Shown here: piece after piece, positions 1-12,399 of the stretch
Position numbering within the stretch: the stretch's first letter is position 1
Layout: each line of letters begins with the position of its first letter
Assembly (NCBI RefSeq): GCF_009834535.1
Contig: NC_045697.1
Coordinates: 31,188,001 to 31,252,000 of the forward strand
Direction of reading: 5' to 3'
DNA length: 64,000 nt
From: Camelus ferus
Taxonomy: Eukaryota
Made by a program: the position numbers and the translations under genes
The notes under the pieces: generated by a model
The model's input: only the letters and a program-made list of their open reading frames with translations
Database searches by the model: none
What the model was told of the DNA's origin: nothing

Positions 1-1065
1 TTTAAGAACTCCATTGCTTGCACTTTTCCTTTTTTTAAGAAAAGTTTTCCCACTGTGTTAATTCAGGGTCAGTTCCAGATTGATGGAAGTGATTTATGTT
101 TAGAGCTGTGCCTCTGGTTGGCTTCCTTCTTCTAGGACTGCATCTCCATTTCCGGTCTAGAGAGGATTTCTTTTCTCTAGAATGAACTCCTGCATTCCAG
201 AGCGTGATGTGAGCTTAATGAAGTAGATTAGTCCAAAATTTAGTCTTGTGATATCTAGCCCCTCATGCATTTTTTTTTATGGATAAAAGATTTGAAACTG
301 CTGAGGTTCTGGCTATTTGAAGGTTGAAAGAGTGATTTCTTCATACTCCAATATCAATAACTTTAAAAAGGGCAGGAAGAACCCTGGTCTCAATCCCCAT
401 AGACAAAAGATTTGTGGTACATTCCTTTCTGAAGCTGTTGGAGAGCTTACCTGTGTCCCTAGGTTCAAGGGCTACAAAAGACATCTTTGATGCATCCCTT
501 TGAGAGACAGAAGCTAGCTCTGAGGAAAGGTGGCCACTTCACAATAACCTGGACTCACAGACCTACTTAAGCTAAACCATGTATAAACGCATTTTGTGGT
601 TAAGATATGAGCCATGTACAGAGACAGCTGGTCTGCAGCCCAAAGGATCTGTCTATAGAGGCACAATATCTGGGTTCCCTAAACCACTGGAAGTCAGAAT
701 TCTCCAGCCAGAAAGTGCAACACTGATGTCAAGAATCTACAACAAGACATTCCAGCAACTGGAAGCAATGAGCAAGGATTCCTTCAGAAAAATTACAAAG
801 ACCCTTAAAAGGGAAAAAAATCAGTTTTGAACACTTGAGACATTCAGAGAAACCAGATTATCCTGATATTATCACATGAAGAGCCTCATCTGTCTTTCTT
901 CTTCTGGGCCAGACCCTAAAGGAGTCAGAAAGATCAGCTAGTGGTGCAGGGATGAAGGGTTTGATGGTAGGAGAATGAATTAGAAGCCAGTCACCCGTTG
1001 TCTCTTTAGGTGCCAACATCAGGTAAGCCTGAGCTTGGGGAGAGAAGCAGCTTGAACTTTAACTA

Positions 1066-1433
1066 TAGTTGTGTACAGTGGCATCTCTTTGTGGTTTTAA
1101 TTTGAGCATTCCTAATGACAAATGATGTTGAGCATCTTTTCATGTGCTTATTTGCCACCCATATATTGTCTTTGGTGGAGTGTCTGTTTAAATCTTTTCC
1201 CAATTATTAATTTGATAATTTCCTTATTATTGAGTTTCAATATTAAAAAATATTCCTTGTATCAGTCCTTTATCATATGTATGATGTGAAATACTTTCTC
1301 CTCATCTCTGGCTTGTTTTTACATTCTCTTAACACTAATTTTCAAGAGCAGAAGTTTACAATTCACTCTTTTATAGAGTGTGTGTTTAATTTTATATATT
1401 AGAAATCCTTGCCTAACCCAAAGCTACAAAAGA
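1066..1433 (-). mobile_element. Old L1 (L1MD/L1ME-like) ORF2 3' fragment, inverted part
   Basis: Classic antisense L1 ORF2 text 'gtggttttaattt..cattcctaatgacaaatgatgttgagcatcttttcatgtgcttatttgcca'. Confidence 0.85.
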
Positions 1434-1966
1434 TATGTGCATACAAAAGTCTTGTACATGAATATTCACAGTAGCTTTATTTGTAATAGCGAAAAACTAA
1501 AAACAACACAAATGTTTATCAACGTGCGACTGGATTTGCAAAAGTGCTTCAGTGCTTTATCCGTACAATTGAATACTCCTTGCTTAGTAGTAAATAAAAG
1601 AATGAACTTTGATACACATTACAATGTGGATGAATCTCAAAATAATTATGCTGAGTGAAAGAAACAACACTTAAAATATTACATGGTGTAATGATTCCAT
1701 TTATATAATATTCTAGAAAGTCCAAACTAATTTAAAGTCAGACTCAGATCAATGGTTGCTTGTAAATAAAAATTAAGAGTAGAAAGGAGAAGGGGAAGGA
1801 ATAAAACAGGGCATAATGAAACTTTGGGAGTGATTTGGTAACTTGATTGTGATAATGGTTTGAAAGTACATACTTAACGTCATCTGTATCATGACTAATC
1901 AAATTGTATGCTATAAATATATATAGTTTACTGTATGTCAGTTATTCCTCAGGAAAGCTGCTAAAA
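1434..1966 (+). mobile_element. Old L1 (L1MD/L1ME-like) 3' end
   Basis: 'gtacatgaatattcacagtagctttatttgtaatagc', 'gatgaatctcaaaataattatgctgagtgaaagaa' and the terminal 'ttactgtatgtcagttattcctca'. Confidence 0.85.
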
Positions 1967-3461
1967 CAGTTGTACGAAATCTGAGATTTCTTCCAGACTC
2001 AGAAGAGGAATTTGCCAAGTCTGAATGGACGATTAGGGATAAAGAATAGAATTGCTTTCTGAATGGACTCCAAGTATCTTGCTTATTCATTATATTAGTT
2101 ACATAATTTAAAAACCCAACATCTACATAAGACCCAGCAGAAAAGTAAAAATAAATATGGTTTACACATACTCTTTTGGCTTTTACCTCTGATGGTTCTG
2201 CCAAGAAGGACTCCTGAGCCACTTGGATGACAGGGTCACACATTGATCAGATGGGAAGGAATCAAGTCAAATTAAAGCATAATTGCAAATTGCACAGCCA
2301 CAATGAAAACAAATGGTATTTCTGTGATATGATGTGGCAGTTTGGTCACAGGCCTGAAACAGTTACGCAGAATTTTGTAAATGGGGTGGAAAAAGAGCTG
2401 AGATACGAATACAGAGAAGAAAGTGAGGGTAATTTGGAAAGAGTCTCTTGGGTGGTAATTCAAATTCACCATCCCTCCCCAATAACTGTGCAGTTTACAG
2501 CACAACTGATGTTACTGGTGAGAAGAGGTTTTAATTTGCTGTTCTGGTGAGAGCTGGACAAAACTTACTAATGGCCACTGGGACCGATTAACATCAACAG
2601 GTACACCGTGTTCTGCAACAGCCAGGGTACTAGCCCTGTTTATTTTCACATCAAATTAGAATAAACTCTATGTCTTTACTTGTTTGCTTGGCAAGAAACT
2701 TGTGTCACACTCTCGGGGTTCCTTATTCTGTAATGATTAGGAACTCAGGGGGCCTATATAATCCAAGAGGAAGTTTCATATGATTTCTCTTTCCAGCAGG
2801 AAAAAGCCCTTGCTCCTCAGCCCATCACTGCCGTTGTCATCCTTGATTCCAGCTGCTCTGAGACCAGCAGTCAGACGTCCCCAGTCTGAGTGTCACTGGG
2901 GCTCCAGGATGTAGCAAAGTCTCCCTCCTGGATTCCAGGTTCAAAAAGGGCGATGCCATAAACCAGTGTTCCCTCTGGATTTTTTGGTTTGGCTTTCACA
3001 GTTTCAGCTCTAGAGTCTGTCCTGGTGGGAACATTCATAGCTCTTTCCCTTCAAATCCTTACCTCTCAGAAGTGCTGGCCTCAGCATAAGTTTAAGTGTT
3101 TACCTGGTGAAACCAGCAGATTCCGAGGCCTTTCCTGTCCTGCAGAGTACGAAGTGGGTCAGTTTTATGCCAGGGGTTTAAATGATTTGTTTTAAGTTTC
3201 CTGAAATTGTCTGGTTTAGTCTATATTTTCTCCACTGCTACTTTTTTTAAAGCAATAAATTTGAATGGTCTACCAGCAAAAGCCTGTATTATAAAAACCT
3301 CAAGGCCTGTTACCCTTCCTGGAAGTAAGACCACAGAATACTTTCCTTAACTCTGCCCCTCAACCCTGTCCCCTTTTCGCTAACTCTGCCCTTTCTTGCT
3401 TTAGCATTAAAATATATACAATTTAAAAAGTGTTTGATTTGACAGCCAATTAAAGGATATA

Positions 3462-3510
3462 ACCAGAAATTGACACATTGTAACTGACTATACTTCAATT
3501 AAAAGAAAAG
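3462..3510 (+). mobile_element. Extremely 5'-truncated young L1 3' tip
   Basis: 'ccagaaattgacacattgtaactgactatacttcaattaaaa' nearly matches the L1 end at 27073-27120 in this window. Confidence 0.75.
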
Positions 3511-4524
3511 AGTATAATAGAAAAGTTAAAATGTTGATTGAAGATCACACTACTATATCTAAGTGGTAGAAAAAGTGGGACTATGCATTATAATTCTACA
3601 ACAGAAGTAAGAGATGTGTGGCAATTGTACCAGCAGGAAACGCTAACCCTTTCTCCTCTGAGCTGACGTCTAAACTTGCAGCTTTGCGTCAGTGCAAGAA
3701 TGCCACAAAGTACCCTGCCTGTGCTTCATTGAGGGTTAGGAACTTCCATGAATAACCAGTCTAGAGTAGAGTATTTCTGTTGCAATTGAAAAAATTCAGT
3801 GAAATGAATACGTATCTTTTAACTTTCACTCCTGGGGAATAAATATACCTTCTCTTCACAGCTGAGAATTCACAACTTACCTTCTGTTTTTAGGCATTGG
3901 TATCGCTAGGAGTTAGCTGTCTGTAATGGACAATATGCATTTTATTCCAGCAGAATCACTGGAGTGTCACCTATGACAACCTGCTTATTTGTCCTGGTTA
4001 AATGGCCTTCCTGGCCAGCGGCCCTACAGGTCTTCAAGAGCAGAAGCCATCAGGATACTGCAAAGCCATGTTTGGAAGTTCCCTTACCTACATCTCTTTC
4101 TCTCTCCCCACATCTGGCCTTCCCTCCTGCATCGTGCGGTACTGGTGGGGCAGGGGTAAGAGTTTACCACGGATTGGAGGAGAGACAAGTCAATGAGCCC
4201 AGCCCTTCTGAATGGTTGTTTAAGGTAAAGTCAGCTGGACAGAGACACATAGTTATTTCTGGAATAAACTCAAGTCAGACAGAATTGCAAATTTGCATAT
4301 TGCTTTGCATCTTCCTCTTATTCTTCGGGTGGATGTATATAGAAAGTGGCAATCCCAGCTTACAAGAGGAACAATGAATGCAGATAATGCTAGATATGAT
4401 TTTTGTTGGCTCTTCTGTAAAGTACTGAAGTTAGCAAGGAGGGAGAAGTGAGGAGGCAAGTGGAGGAAACTCAGACAGGCTGAGTGTCCATAATTTGGAG
4501 GAACTTAGCACATTTTTAAAAGTT

Positions 4525-4690
4525 ATTTTGTCCTAACAAAATAGTGTGGAAAGGATAATACTAGAGACATTTTGCATGTGAGGAAATGGAGACTCAGAGA
4601 AGTAAGCAACGTTCCCTGGTCAGACATGGGGAATCTGGGATTTGCCCGGGATGTCTCTGTCTCCAAAACCCACACTCTTGCCACGTTATT
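4525..4690 (-). mobile_element. MIR SINE
   Basis: MIR core 'ttttgcatgtgaggaaatggagactcagagaagtaagcaacgttccctggtcagac'. Confidence 0.7.
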
Positions 4691-5699
4691 ACAAAACATA
4701 CTTGGAATGAGATTAAAGAGATGTTGTAAGGTCAGAGTAGAGGAAGAAAAGAATAAGAAATTCAGTGAATCTTCAGCCAACCAAAAACATTCTTAATGCC
4801 ATTCTAATTTAGGCACGAAGAGAAATTTAAAAGTGTTTTTAACACTAGTTACTATTCCTCATAATAAAATGGTGTCATAAATTCACATACGTATTCCTTC
4901 AGGGAGGTTCCCACTTCCTATAATGTATTTTGTCTAAAGTCTTTGAAAAGAAAAAAATTCCAAAACGTCACATTTTTTAGAGGGTAAAAACTGTGTCAGG
5001 CACAAAATGTAATATAAATATTAAAGCTTTTTGGATAGAACAATTCGTTCTGCCTCTAACCCGAAAATGTGTATTGACCATCATTGGTTTTCACTTTAGT
5101 ATCACATTACAAGCCATGCTTGGCTCCTCACCTTGGGAAAGGCAGGCATCTTAGGGGAGACCTTCGTACTGTCTGCATGCTGAGTTCTTATTGAGTATTT
5201 AGCATAAGGAAAAGGAAATGGCAAAGAGAGACTTTTTTTCTTTAATTGCCATATGCCATATTTCATTTTGAAGTTTCCAGCAATAATTTACATCTCAAGC
5301 CAAAAATTTTGAAATATTTCCTGCTACATTGAAATGCATCATGACTAAAGTGAGCTCAGGTTCATATTTTTCCACGGGTTTTGGCAACCTGTTGCATACA
5401 AATAGAGTTCAAATTTAGTAAAAGAAAAAAGTCTTTTTTTTTTTTGTTATTGTTCCTTGAAAACTCAATTTGCAGGACTGCTCCAGGGGTAGTATCTTTT
5501 TGAGGACACGTGTCACATGTACAGGATTTGAATAATTAATTCTTGCAGGCCTTTTATGGTAAAGTTATGTTTGACAATAAAATGTTGTCTATTTCTAAAG
5601 TTCATACAAAATAGAATTATACAGATTGTCAAGTCAAAAAAAGAAAAAAAAAGAAATCGCATCAAGAACTTACACCTAAAAGTGTAATTAAAAATGCAG

Positions 5700-6085
5700 A
5701 GGGATGATTACACGAAAGATGGAAGGATGACAAGTGGAGTGGTGACATACAGTCCAGAAATTAGCCTCGAAGGAGGCTGGGACCACCTGGAGAGGGAGAA
5801 GAGGGTGTTATTTGAATCCAAGTGCTACAGCCCCGTTCCCTCCACCTTCCCTACTGGCCAGTAAGCTGGAGCCATAATACACTATGGAGGAGATGCAGGG
5901 AGTTGGAGAAATACCCTGGCTTCTCTCTACCTCCCCAACTCCCAGAGGCCTTCCATTGGCTGAACCAATTTGGATGCCCGTGATGGAGGGATTTGTGAAA
6001 CACATCCTGCAGAGCTCAGATCCCCTGTGACAGGAGAAAGGAAAAAAGAGAAGAACGAATCAGAGCAAACTGAGCCAGGGTGAGC
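5700..6085 (-). mobile_element. Old ERVL/MaLR-type LTR fragment (MLT1M/N- or LTR79-like)
   Basis: 'gaggccttccattggctgaaccaa...ggatgcc' motif typical of old MaLR/ERVL LTRs. Confidence 0.45.
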
Positions 6086-6456
6086 ATGAGAGGGTAGAAA
6101 GACCACTTACTTACTGACATATTAACAAACACAAAATAAGAAAAATATTTTAGTAAAAATGGAAGTAAAAATGGAGACCATCATATTAATTATAGATACG
6201 GAAAATAGAATACATGTAAACGGAGTTAAATTTTTTTTAATGATTGAGGGAAAAGGAAATAGATAATAAAACGAGTTGGTTTGTTAAAAAAAGACAAGAA
6301 ATAGGCAAAAGGAATGCCATTTTTGAATTGTAGAACGGATAGAATGGGTTTGGTGATATATGTATTATGTGACGCCTTTTCATTGTGGAATTTACAAGAG
6401 GAGGGAAAAAAGATGGTTGATTATTCAAGAAGAGCCTGAGAAAGGTTTCTCTGGAT

Positions 6457-6656
6457 GAGGGGTCTGCAGACTTTTCCTGTTAAAGTGCAGTTAGTAAATA
6501 CCTAGGCTCTGGGTGAACAGCTCGGCCCTGACACTGCAGTGCAAAGCCAGCTACGGACAAGGCACAAATGAGTGAGTGTGACTGCATGACAGCAAAACAT
6601 TTTTTCAAAGATGATGGAGGACTGGAACTGGCTTACAAACTATTTTCCAGACCTTG
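6457..6656. mobile_element. MER58A-like hAT-Charlie MITE
   Basis: Starts 'aggggtctgcagacttttcctgttaaag..ttagtaaata' and ends 'gaccttg'. 8-bp TSD ctctggat (6449-6456) / ctctggaa (6657-6664). Confidence 0.8.
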
Positions 6657-6744
6657 CTCTGGAAAAATTTCTATCAAAACGTCATTTCTCCTAATTTTCA
6701 CTGGTTAACTTAGAGACAGAAAAATGTTTTTCATTTTCAGGCTT

Positions 6745-6950
6745 AAAAAGTGAGCACTGGTTTCAGACCCCTTTGGCTTGAGTTCCAGCTCTGCCCTTGG
6801 CCAGCTGTGTGCGTACTGGCACATTACTAAATCTCACTGAGGAGTGAGGGTCAGGATGGCACTGAGCTCACAGGGTTGTTGTGGAAATTACAAGATAATA
6901 CCTGTAAAACTTTGGAGACAACGCCAGTTACATAGAAAGAGCTGTAGTTA
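6745..6950 (+). mobile_element. MIR SINE
   Basis: 'ggcttgagttccagctctgcc..ccagctgtgtg..actggcacattactaaatctc' and 'cacagggttgttgtggaaatta'. Confidence 0.7.
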
Positions 6951-7251
6951 CATTGGCTGATCTTATCAGTTCTTGTTTTCGCTATTTCATAGATGCTTAT
7001 TTTCAGTGGAATGGATTTACTTGACCTGATACTTGACTTGACGTTCATCACCAAAAAAATGAGGCAATGCTTGACATTTACCTTCACACTTACCACTCAT
7101 AAAGTAGTTGCAAAACTTTATTTCAGGACTTACTATCTACAAAGTTATGAAGAAAGCCACACAGCCAAATTATAATCCAGGATGCTATAGAGTTTATCCA
7201 GGCAGTGAGAATGAAAGGCTTCATGGGCATAAAATAGGACAATACAATGTA

Positions 7252-8078
7252 CAGTTGACTCTTGAACAACATGGGTCTGAACCGCATAGGTCCACTGGTA
7301 CACAGAATTTTTTCAATAACTGCATTGGAAAATTTTTTAGAGATCTGAGACAATTTGAAAAAAAAAATCTTGCAGATGAACCTCAAAGCCTAGAAATATT
7401 TTTTAAAAATTAAGAAAAAGTTAAGTACGCAATCAGTGCATAAAATATATGTAGATTCTAGTCTATTTTATTATTTACTACTGTACAATATTCATAAATC
7501 TATTATTTAAAAGTTAAAATTTACCAAAACTTATGCACCCAAATGCTTACAGACCATACACGGCACCCCTGATTACCCTGGGCCAGCATGAGGCAATCAT
7601 ATTGCTGTTTCTTTGTTATCAGTGAATGAATCATTATACCTGTAAATAATCATGTACTTCTTTTTCACATTATCTTTTCATTTTTGATGTCTGGGGTCAA
7701 TAATATGTCTGACAGCTACAGTGTTGTGTATCATATAAGACACGATTGATGTAGGTACTGACAGATGATTCAGCTTGTAAAGAGATGATGTAAGTTCATG
7801 GTATCAGTAAGTACAGTACAATGCTGTAAATGTCTTTTCTCTTCCTTTTGATTTTCTTAACATTTCCTTGTCTCTAACTTACGTTATTATAAAAATACAG
7901 TGCATAATATGTCTAAAATTTAAAAAGTGTATTAATCAACTTTATTTTATCAGTAAGGCTTCCAGTCAAGAGCAGGCTACTAGTAGTTAGGTTTTTGGGG
8001 ATTCAAACATTATACATGGATTTTTGACTGCTTGGGGAATTGGCACCCCTTTACCCCTGCATTGTTCAAGGTCAACTG
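7252..8078. mobile_element. Tigger2-derived non-autonomous TcMar DNA transposon (827 bp)
   Basis: TIRs cagttgactcttgaacaa ... ttgttcaaggtcaactg, flanked by TA at 7250-7251 and 8079-8080. Internal sequence resembles Tigger2. Confidence 0.9.
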
Positions 8079-8384
8079 TATTTGCTAAATTGCCTGTAAT
8101 TGGTACATGTATCAAGTGTCGCAGGTGCTTAGAAGAAAGAATAAGGCGGCTCACAAATGGCAAGAATGTCCATGTATTCACCATGCTAAGTGAAACTGAC
8201 CCCAGTTGTGTTTTTTAACCTCCCCAGTGATCTCTGCACTGGAATAAGTTGTGCCATCACGAGCTTCAGTTGAAAAGTTGGGTCAAAGAAATGTACACGT
8301 AGCCAAGCTTTCACTTTAGTACATTTTTTGCCCTTTGAAAGAGATTAAAAATGTGGGGAAAAAGGGTAATTGAAAATTTTAAAA

Positions 8385-8490
8385 TATCTAGTCCAACAAC
8401 CTCATTTTAGAGGTAAAACTGAGACCCAGCAAATTCCCGATGACATGAAGCCAGGGAGTGAGACCCAGGACTGGGACGCTGGTTCTCTTA
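8385..8490 (-). mobile_element. MIR fragment
   Basis: 'tctagtccaacaacctcattttagaggtaaaactgagacccag'. Confidence 0.65.
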
Positions 8491-10431
8491 ACAAGAGACT
8501 CCCTAATTTGCATTTCAGTTTACTTTTCATGTCAGTATTGGATCTCTCGAGACTCTCCCAAATGTTCAATTTTAATTTTCTAGCTACATTGATTTTAGTT
8601 TTTCCTCATATCTCAAATAGGGATTTTATCCATGTCAATTCAGCCAAATTTGTTGATATCTTTCACCCAGGAGTCCGCTCTTACTCTGTGGTAGTTCATA
8701 GCCACTGAAGTAGGATGATGTTCTATACAACTGGCTTGTGTTTCATGCATGACACTGGGGACCTAAAGCATTTCAGTGGGCATAGAGCTCATGGCAGAAC
8801 CACCAACCAGCTAACCTTTAAGGTGTTATTCCCCAAAATAAACATATTGACTCACTCTGAAGTGGAACTATGCATAATTAAACCCAGCACATGTAGAAGT
8901 TTTATATATGCTCAATCAATGGTCCTATTCAAACAGCATTTTCTCCTCTTTGTTTGACTGAATAAATTCAGCCAGGACCACAGAGATTTTCTGAACTACT
9001 TTCCTGGAAAGAAAGGTGTTGAAATAAACTCAGTTATGCATTTGTGAATAAAACTAGAGCAATATAAGTTCTCACCATATTCATTCTAGGACACAAAATA
9101 ACAGCTTTTACAGACTTCTTACAACTTTTTAAAAGATAGTTTGTTTCTAGTGCCGAGGAACAAAAAGTGCCAGCTGCCTCTTAGAGCTATGAATGGATTA
9201 GTTGTGAAATAAAACTTTTAACACAGCATATGGCCAAAGCAAGGTATACAATAAGTATTATTATTTTGTTTTCTTTTTTGATTTAGTCTTTTGAAATTCT
9301 CATCCTTTTGAAGCCAGTGGTATTACCTAGATCCTACAAGTAAGTGCCTTGGATATAAAGCAAAAATAATTTGTCCTAAATATGACAACAAATTGAATCA
9401 AGATAATATTAGTATAGAGGTCCCTAAACCTCTGTTTATAGATTTGACACCGTCTACAGAAAAACTGTTAAAAAAAAACAAAACCCTTTTCAGAACTTAG
9501 AACTGAGAGGAACCCATTGAACCATCCGAACTATCATTCATTTAGGGAAGCACTTCTCCCTAAAATATCACTTACAACAAGTGTGACTGTTGGGTTTTAA
9601 ATGAAATTTCATTCTCATTTCTAAGCAAGACTCCATGGTCCTTATTCTCCATCTCTCTCTAGAGCTTACCCTAACCAGGAGCCATATTTCAACACATTAA
9701 ATAAAGAATTGTCTAATGCAAACTGTGCTACTATAATTCCCATTGAAACTCCATTACGCAAAGAAAAGCTGTCAAGTATGAAATCTGCTGATCCTTGGGG
9801 ACGACTTGGAGGACGGTTTCCCTTTAATGGCTTCATGCTTTGCCAAGCCATCATTCACTTATATTTCTGTCAACAGCTTCATCAGTGTGTGTGTTTGACT
9901 TTCCTGAAAATGACATTACAGAAACTTTCCTCACTATGCAAAGTTATTGCCTTGAAACCTCCATGTGGGAAAATGAAAGCTTTCAGTCAACTCTGCTGTG
10001 AAGAAAGACATAGAGCTTGGCTCTGGTGTCACAATAAACATTTTAGCTTCTTAAGAAGACTTAGGAATGAACTAAGCAGCACAAACCGAGTGATTTTAAC
10101 CACCAGAAATTGTAGTAATTCTCCTAAAGTGCTTTTCTTGGATTGCTTTGTAGCATTAAGTACTTGAATTTAGCAATAGAAATCAAGCAGACTTTCAGAG
10201 TTAACAAAGTAATGAAATTATTGTTAGAGGAAGAGAATAAAAGGGACTCAACTTGGTCTTATTTATTTTTAACCTAAAATAATGCAGGAGATTCTGAAGT
10301 TATGTTTTACATGCTGTCTACCTATGAAACTAAAAGAAATATGTCTTCTCACTTCAGCAGAGAGCAGATTTAAGTAAATTGACATTGTAATGGAAATTTG
10401 ATATTTATGTATTAAAACTTTACATAATGAA

Positions 10432-10530
10432 CATATATATTTGCATGTATACGTGTGTGTATAGACGTACGCCTATATATGTGTGTATATATGTATATAA
10501 ACTACACACAAACACACACACACACACACA
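10432..10530. repeat. Mixed (TA)/(TG)/(CA) simple repeat
   Basis: Visible dinucleotide runs. Confidence 0.8.
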
Positions 10531-11325
10531 GAGCCATTTTGGTGTTTTTATCTGAGAGGAAAAGCCAACTACCAGAATTGCTGCTGGGACGTATTAAGAA
10601 GAGTTTAGGTCTTCTGCCAGCATTTACTTACCTGTGTCAACACTGGGTGAGAGGAAACGCTGGGCAAACTGGAATTTGGGAATCCGTGCCATGCCTCTCT
10701 TACCCAGATATGCATATCTAGGAGTGGGTTAAAAAAAAAATCAAACAAAACACTGTTTTCCCTGCCTCTTATTTCTTCTTGCTGCCAGTTTCAGAATCTT
10801 CAGATTTTTTTTCTTCTCTGAAGTTACTCCCAGAAAGAGCTCGCTGCCTGCATTAGGGGACGGTAAGGGTTGTCGAAGCTCTGCTTGGATTGAAAGGAAG
10901 CAGAGAGCAGTCGTGGAGTGGATGTTCGGAGCGAGGATGCTGGCTTGTTGGCTGTTCACAGAAACAGCAACGAACCTGTGAGACCCAAGGGGCAAAGGAC
11001 ACACCTAGGACATCAGAGCAACTTGTACTGCAATCAAGAGACTCTGAGGAAACCCAGATGGGACATTTTTTCTATGGAAGGTGGGCTCTGTGGTCCTCAC
11101 TAGCCTGCAGGTTATAACATCTCCACAGATGAAAAGGGGCGTCCCACTCTTGTGCAGCATGGAGTTCCCAAGTCACAGAGACCGAGTCGGTGTTCAGCTG
11201 TATCTTATTGAGGAAGGCATGAAGGCCCCAGGACAGGGCAGAGCAAGCAGCCTAGGAAAGATGTGTCAGCAGGAAGCTAGCTTCTGCCTGATCCCATGGA
11301 AACCTCTGGAGCACGAACTATAGTC

Positions 11326-11456
11326 TGTTTGTTTGTTTGTTGTTTGTTTTGGGAGGGGTGATTCGGTTTATTTATTTATTTCAATAGAGATACTGAGGAC
11401 TGAACCCAGGACCTTGTGCATGCTAAGCATGTGCTCTACCACTGAGCTATACCCTC
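11326..11456 (-). mobile_element. tRNA-derived camelid SINE (Vic-1 type)
   Basis: Minus strand reads gagggtatagctcagtggtagagcacatgcttagcatgcacaaggtcctgggttcagtcc. Pol III box A at 11439-11449, box B at 11397-11406, then an (AAAT)n/(AAAC)n tail. Confidence 0.85.
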
Positions 11457-11511
11457 AGAGTATACAGAGTTGATCCAGCTCTGAAGTAAGGGGTGGTGTT
11501 TTGTATAATAC

Positions 11512-11512
<1 letters not shown>

Positions 11513-11543
<31 letters not shown>
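11513..11543. repeat. (TG)n microsatellite
   Basis: Perfect TG run. Confidence 0.95.
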
Positions 11544-11544
<1 letters not shown>

Positions 11545-12399
11545 ATTTTGTATAATCTTCTGTGTCACTGGCTGCAGGCTGCTGGCTGTGCAGGAGGTTA
11601 GCAGAGAGGAAGGAGACAGTCTCTCCAGGGAGATTGCTTCCACCTGCAGAGCAAAATTCTCCAGAGAAAGTGCATTTATGCACTATTAGCAGTCTAGACT
11701 CAAAAGGGGACCAGGACAGACTAACAGCATACACCACAGTTCTGCGTGGATGCACCCTGATATTTCTGGAGTGAAATTTCACTGTAAGTTCTTTTCCATT
11801 TTAATTCTTTCTGCAGAATTATAAAACAGTGACCAATGGATCGGGAAATATTCTAACCATCTTATCTCACACTTTCTAAAGACCATGGCAATTTTTATTT
11901 TAATGCCAGAAATGTATCATCTTCTCCTTTTGAGGTTTTCTCCCCAGTTTTCATTTTCATCCAAGTTGTTTTTCCATTGTAAAATACCCTTCAGGCCACA
12001 GAGGAGAAGCTAAAACTTTCTCCACCATGCTCTTCTCATGCTGGAGTCCTGCTGATCTTATACCAAAATAATTATTTTTCTTAGTGTCACTGAGTTTTAG
12101 TGTTGTCTTGTGTCATTATTTGTTTTAGAAAGTGAAGACCAGAGGGTTTTCTAAACAAACATAAAACATGTGGACACTTATTGATTGGCTTGAGGATGAA
12201 TTAGGGAAATCTGATTACCATCCCATTTGGCGTCTCATATTATTCAAGTATTTGGTGCAGAGGGCTCTGAATAAAGACTGAAATTATATTCAAGATCATA
12301 GTTTCTTCAGAATTTATGGAGGAATGAGCAGTATATTTCTTCCTGTTACAGATGGTTAAGTCCAGACTAATGCAAAAATCAATGATTGGAACTCACTGT

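Larger units (their letters stand above)
430..2103 (+). mobile_element. Ancient Gypsy-type solo LTR (LTR85-like), split by an L1 insertion
   Basis: 'ggggagagaagcagcttgaactttaa' before the L1, and 'ataaagaatagaattgctttctga...cttattcattatattagttaca' ending in CA after it, resemble the recalled LTR85 3' part. The left boundary is uncertain. Confidence 0.4.
11160..11650 (-). mobile_element. ERVL LTR33/LTR41-like solo LTR interrupted by a SINE and (TG)n
   Basis: 'gcttctgcctgatcccatgg..ctctggagcacgaa' then 'cagagttgatcc...aagggg...gtcactggctgcaggctgc' follow the recalled LTR33/41 motif order. Confidence 0.5.

Noticed and set aside
9709..10167. 152-aa ORF in unique sequence
   Set aside because: Non-ATG start and no protein-like features. 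An ISRE-like GAAAATGAAA nearby is only a single motif.
11385..11456. Possible tRNA gene
   Set aside because: The acceptor stem is degenerate and there is a SINE-type tail, so it is better explained as a SINE head.
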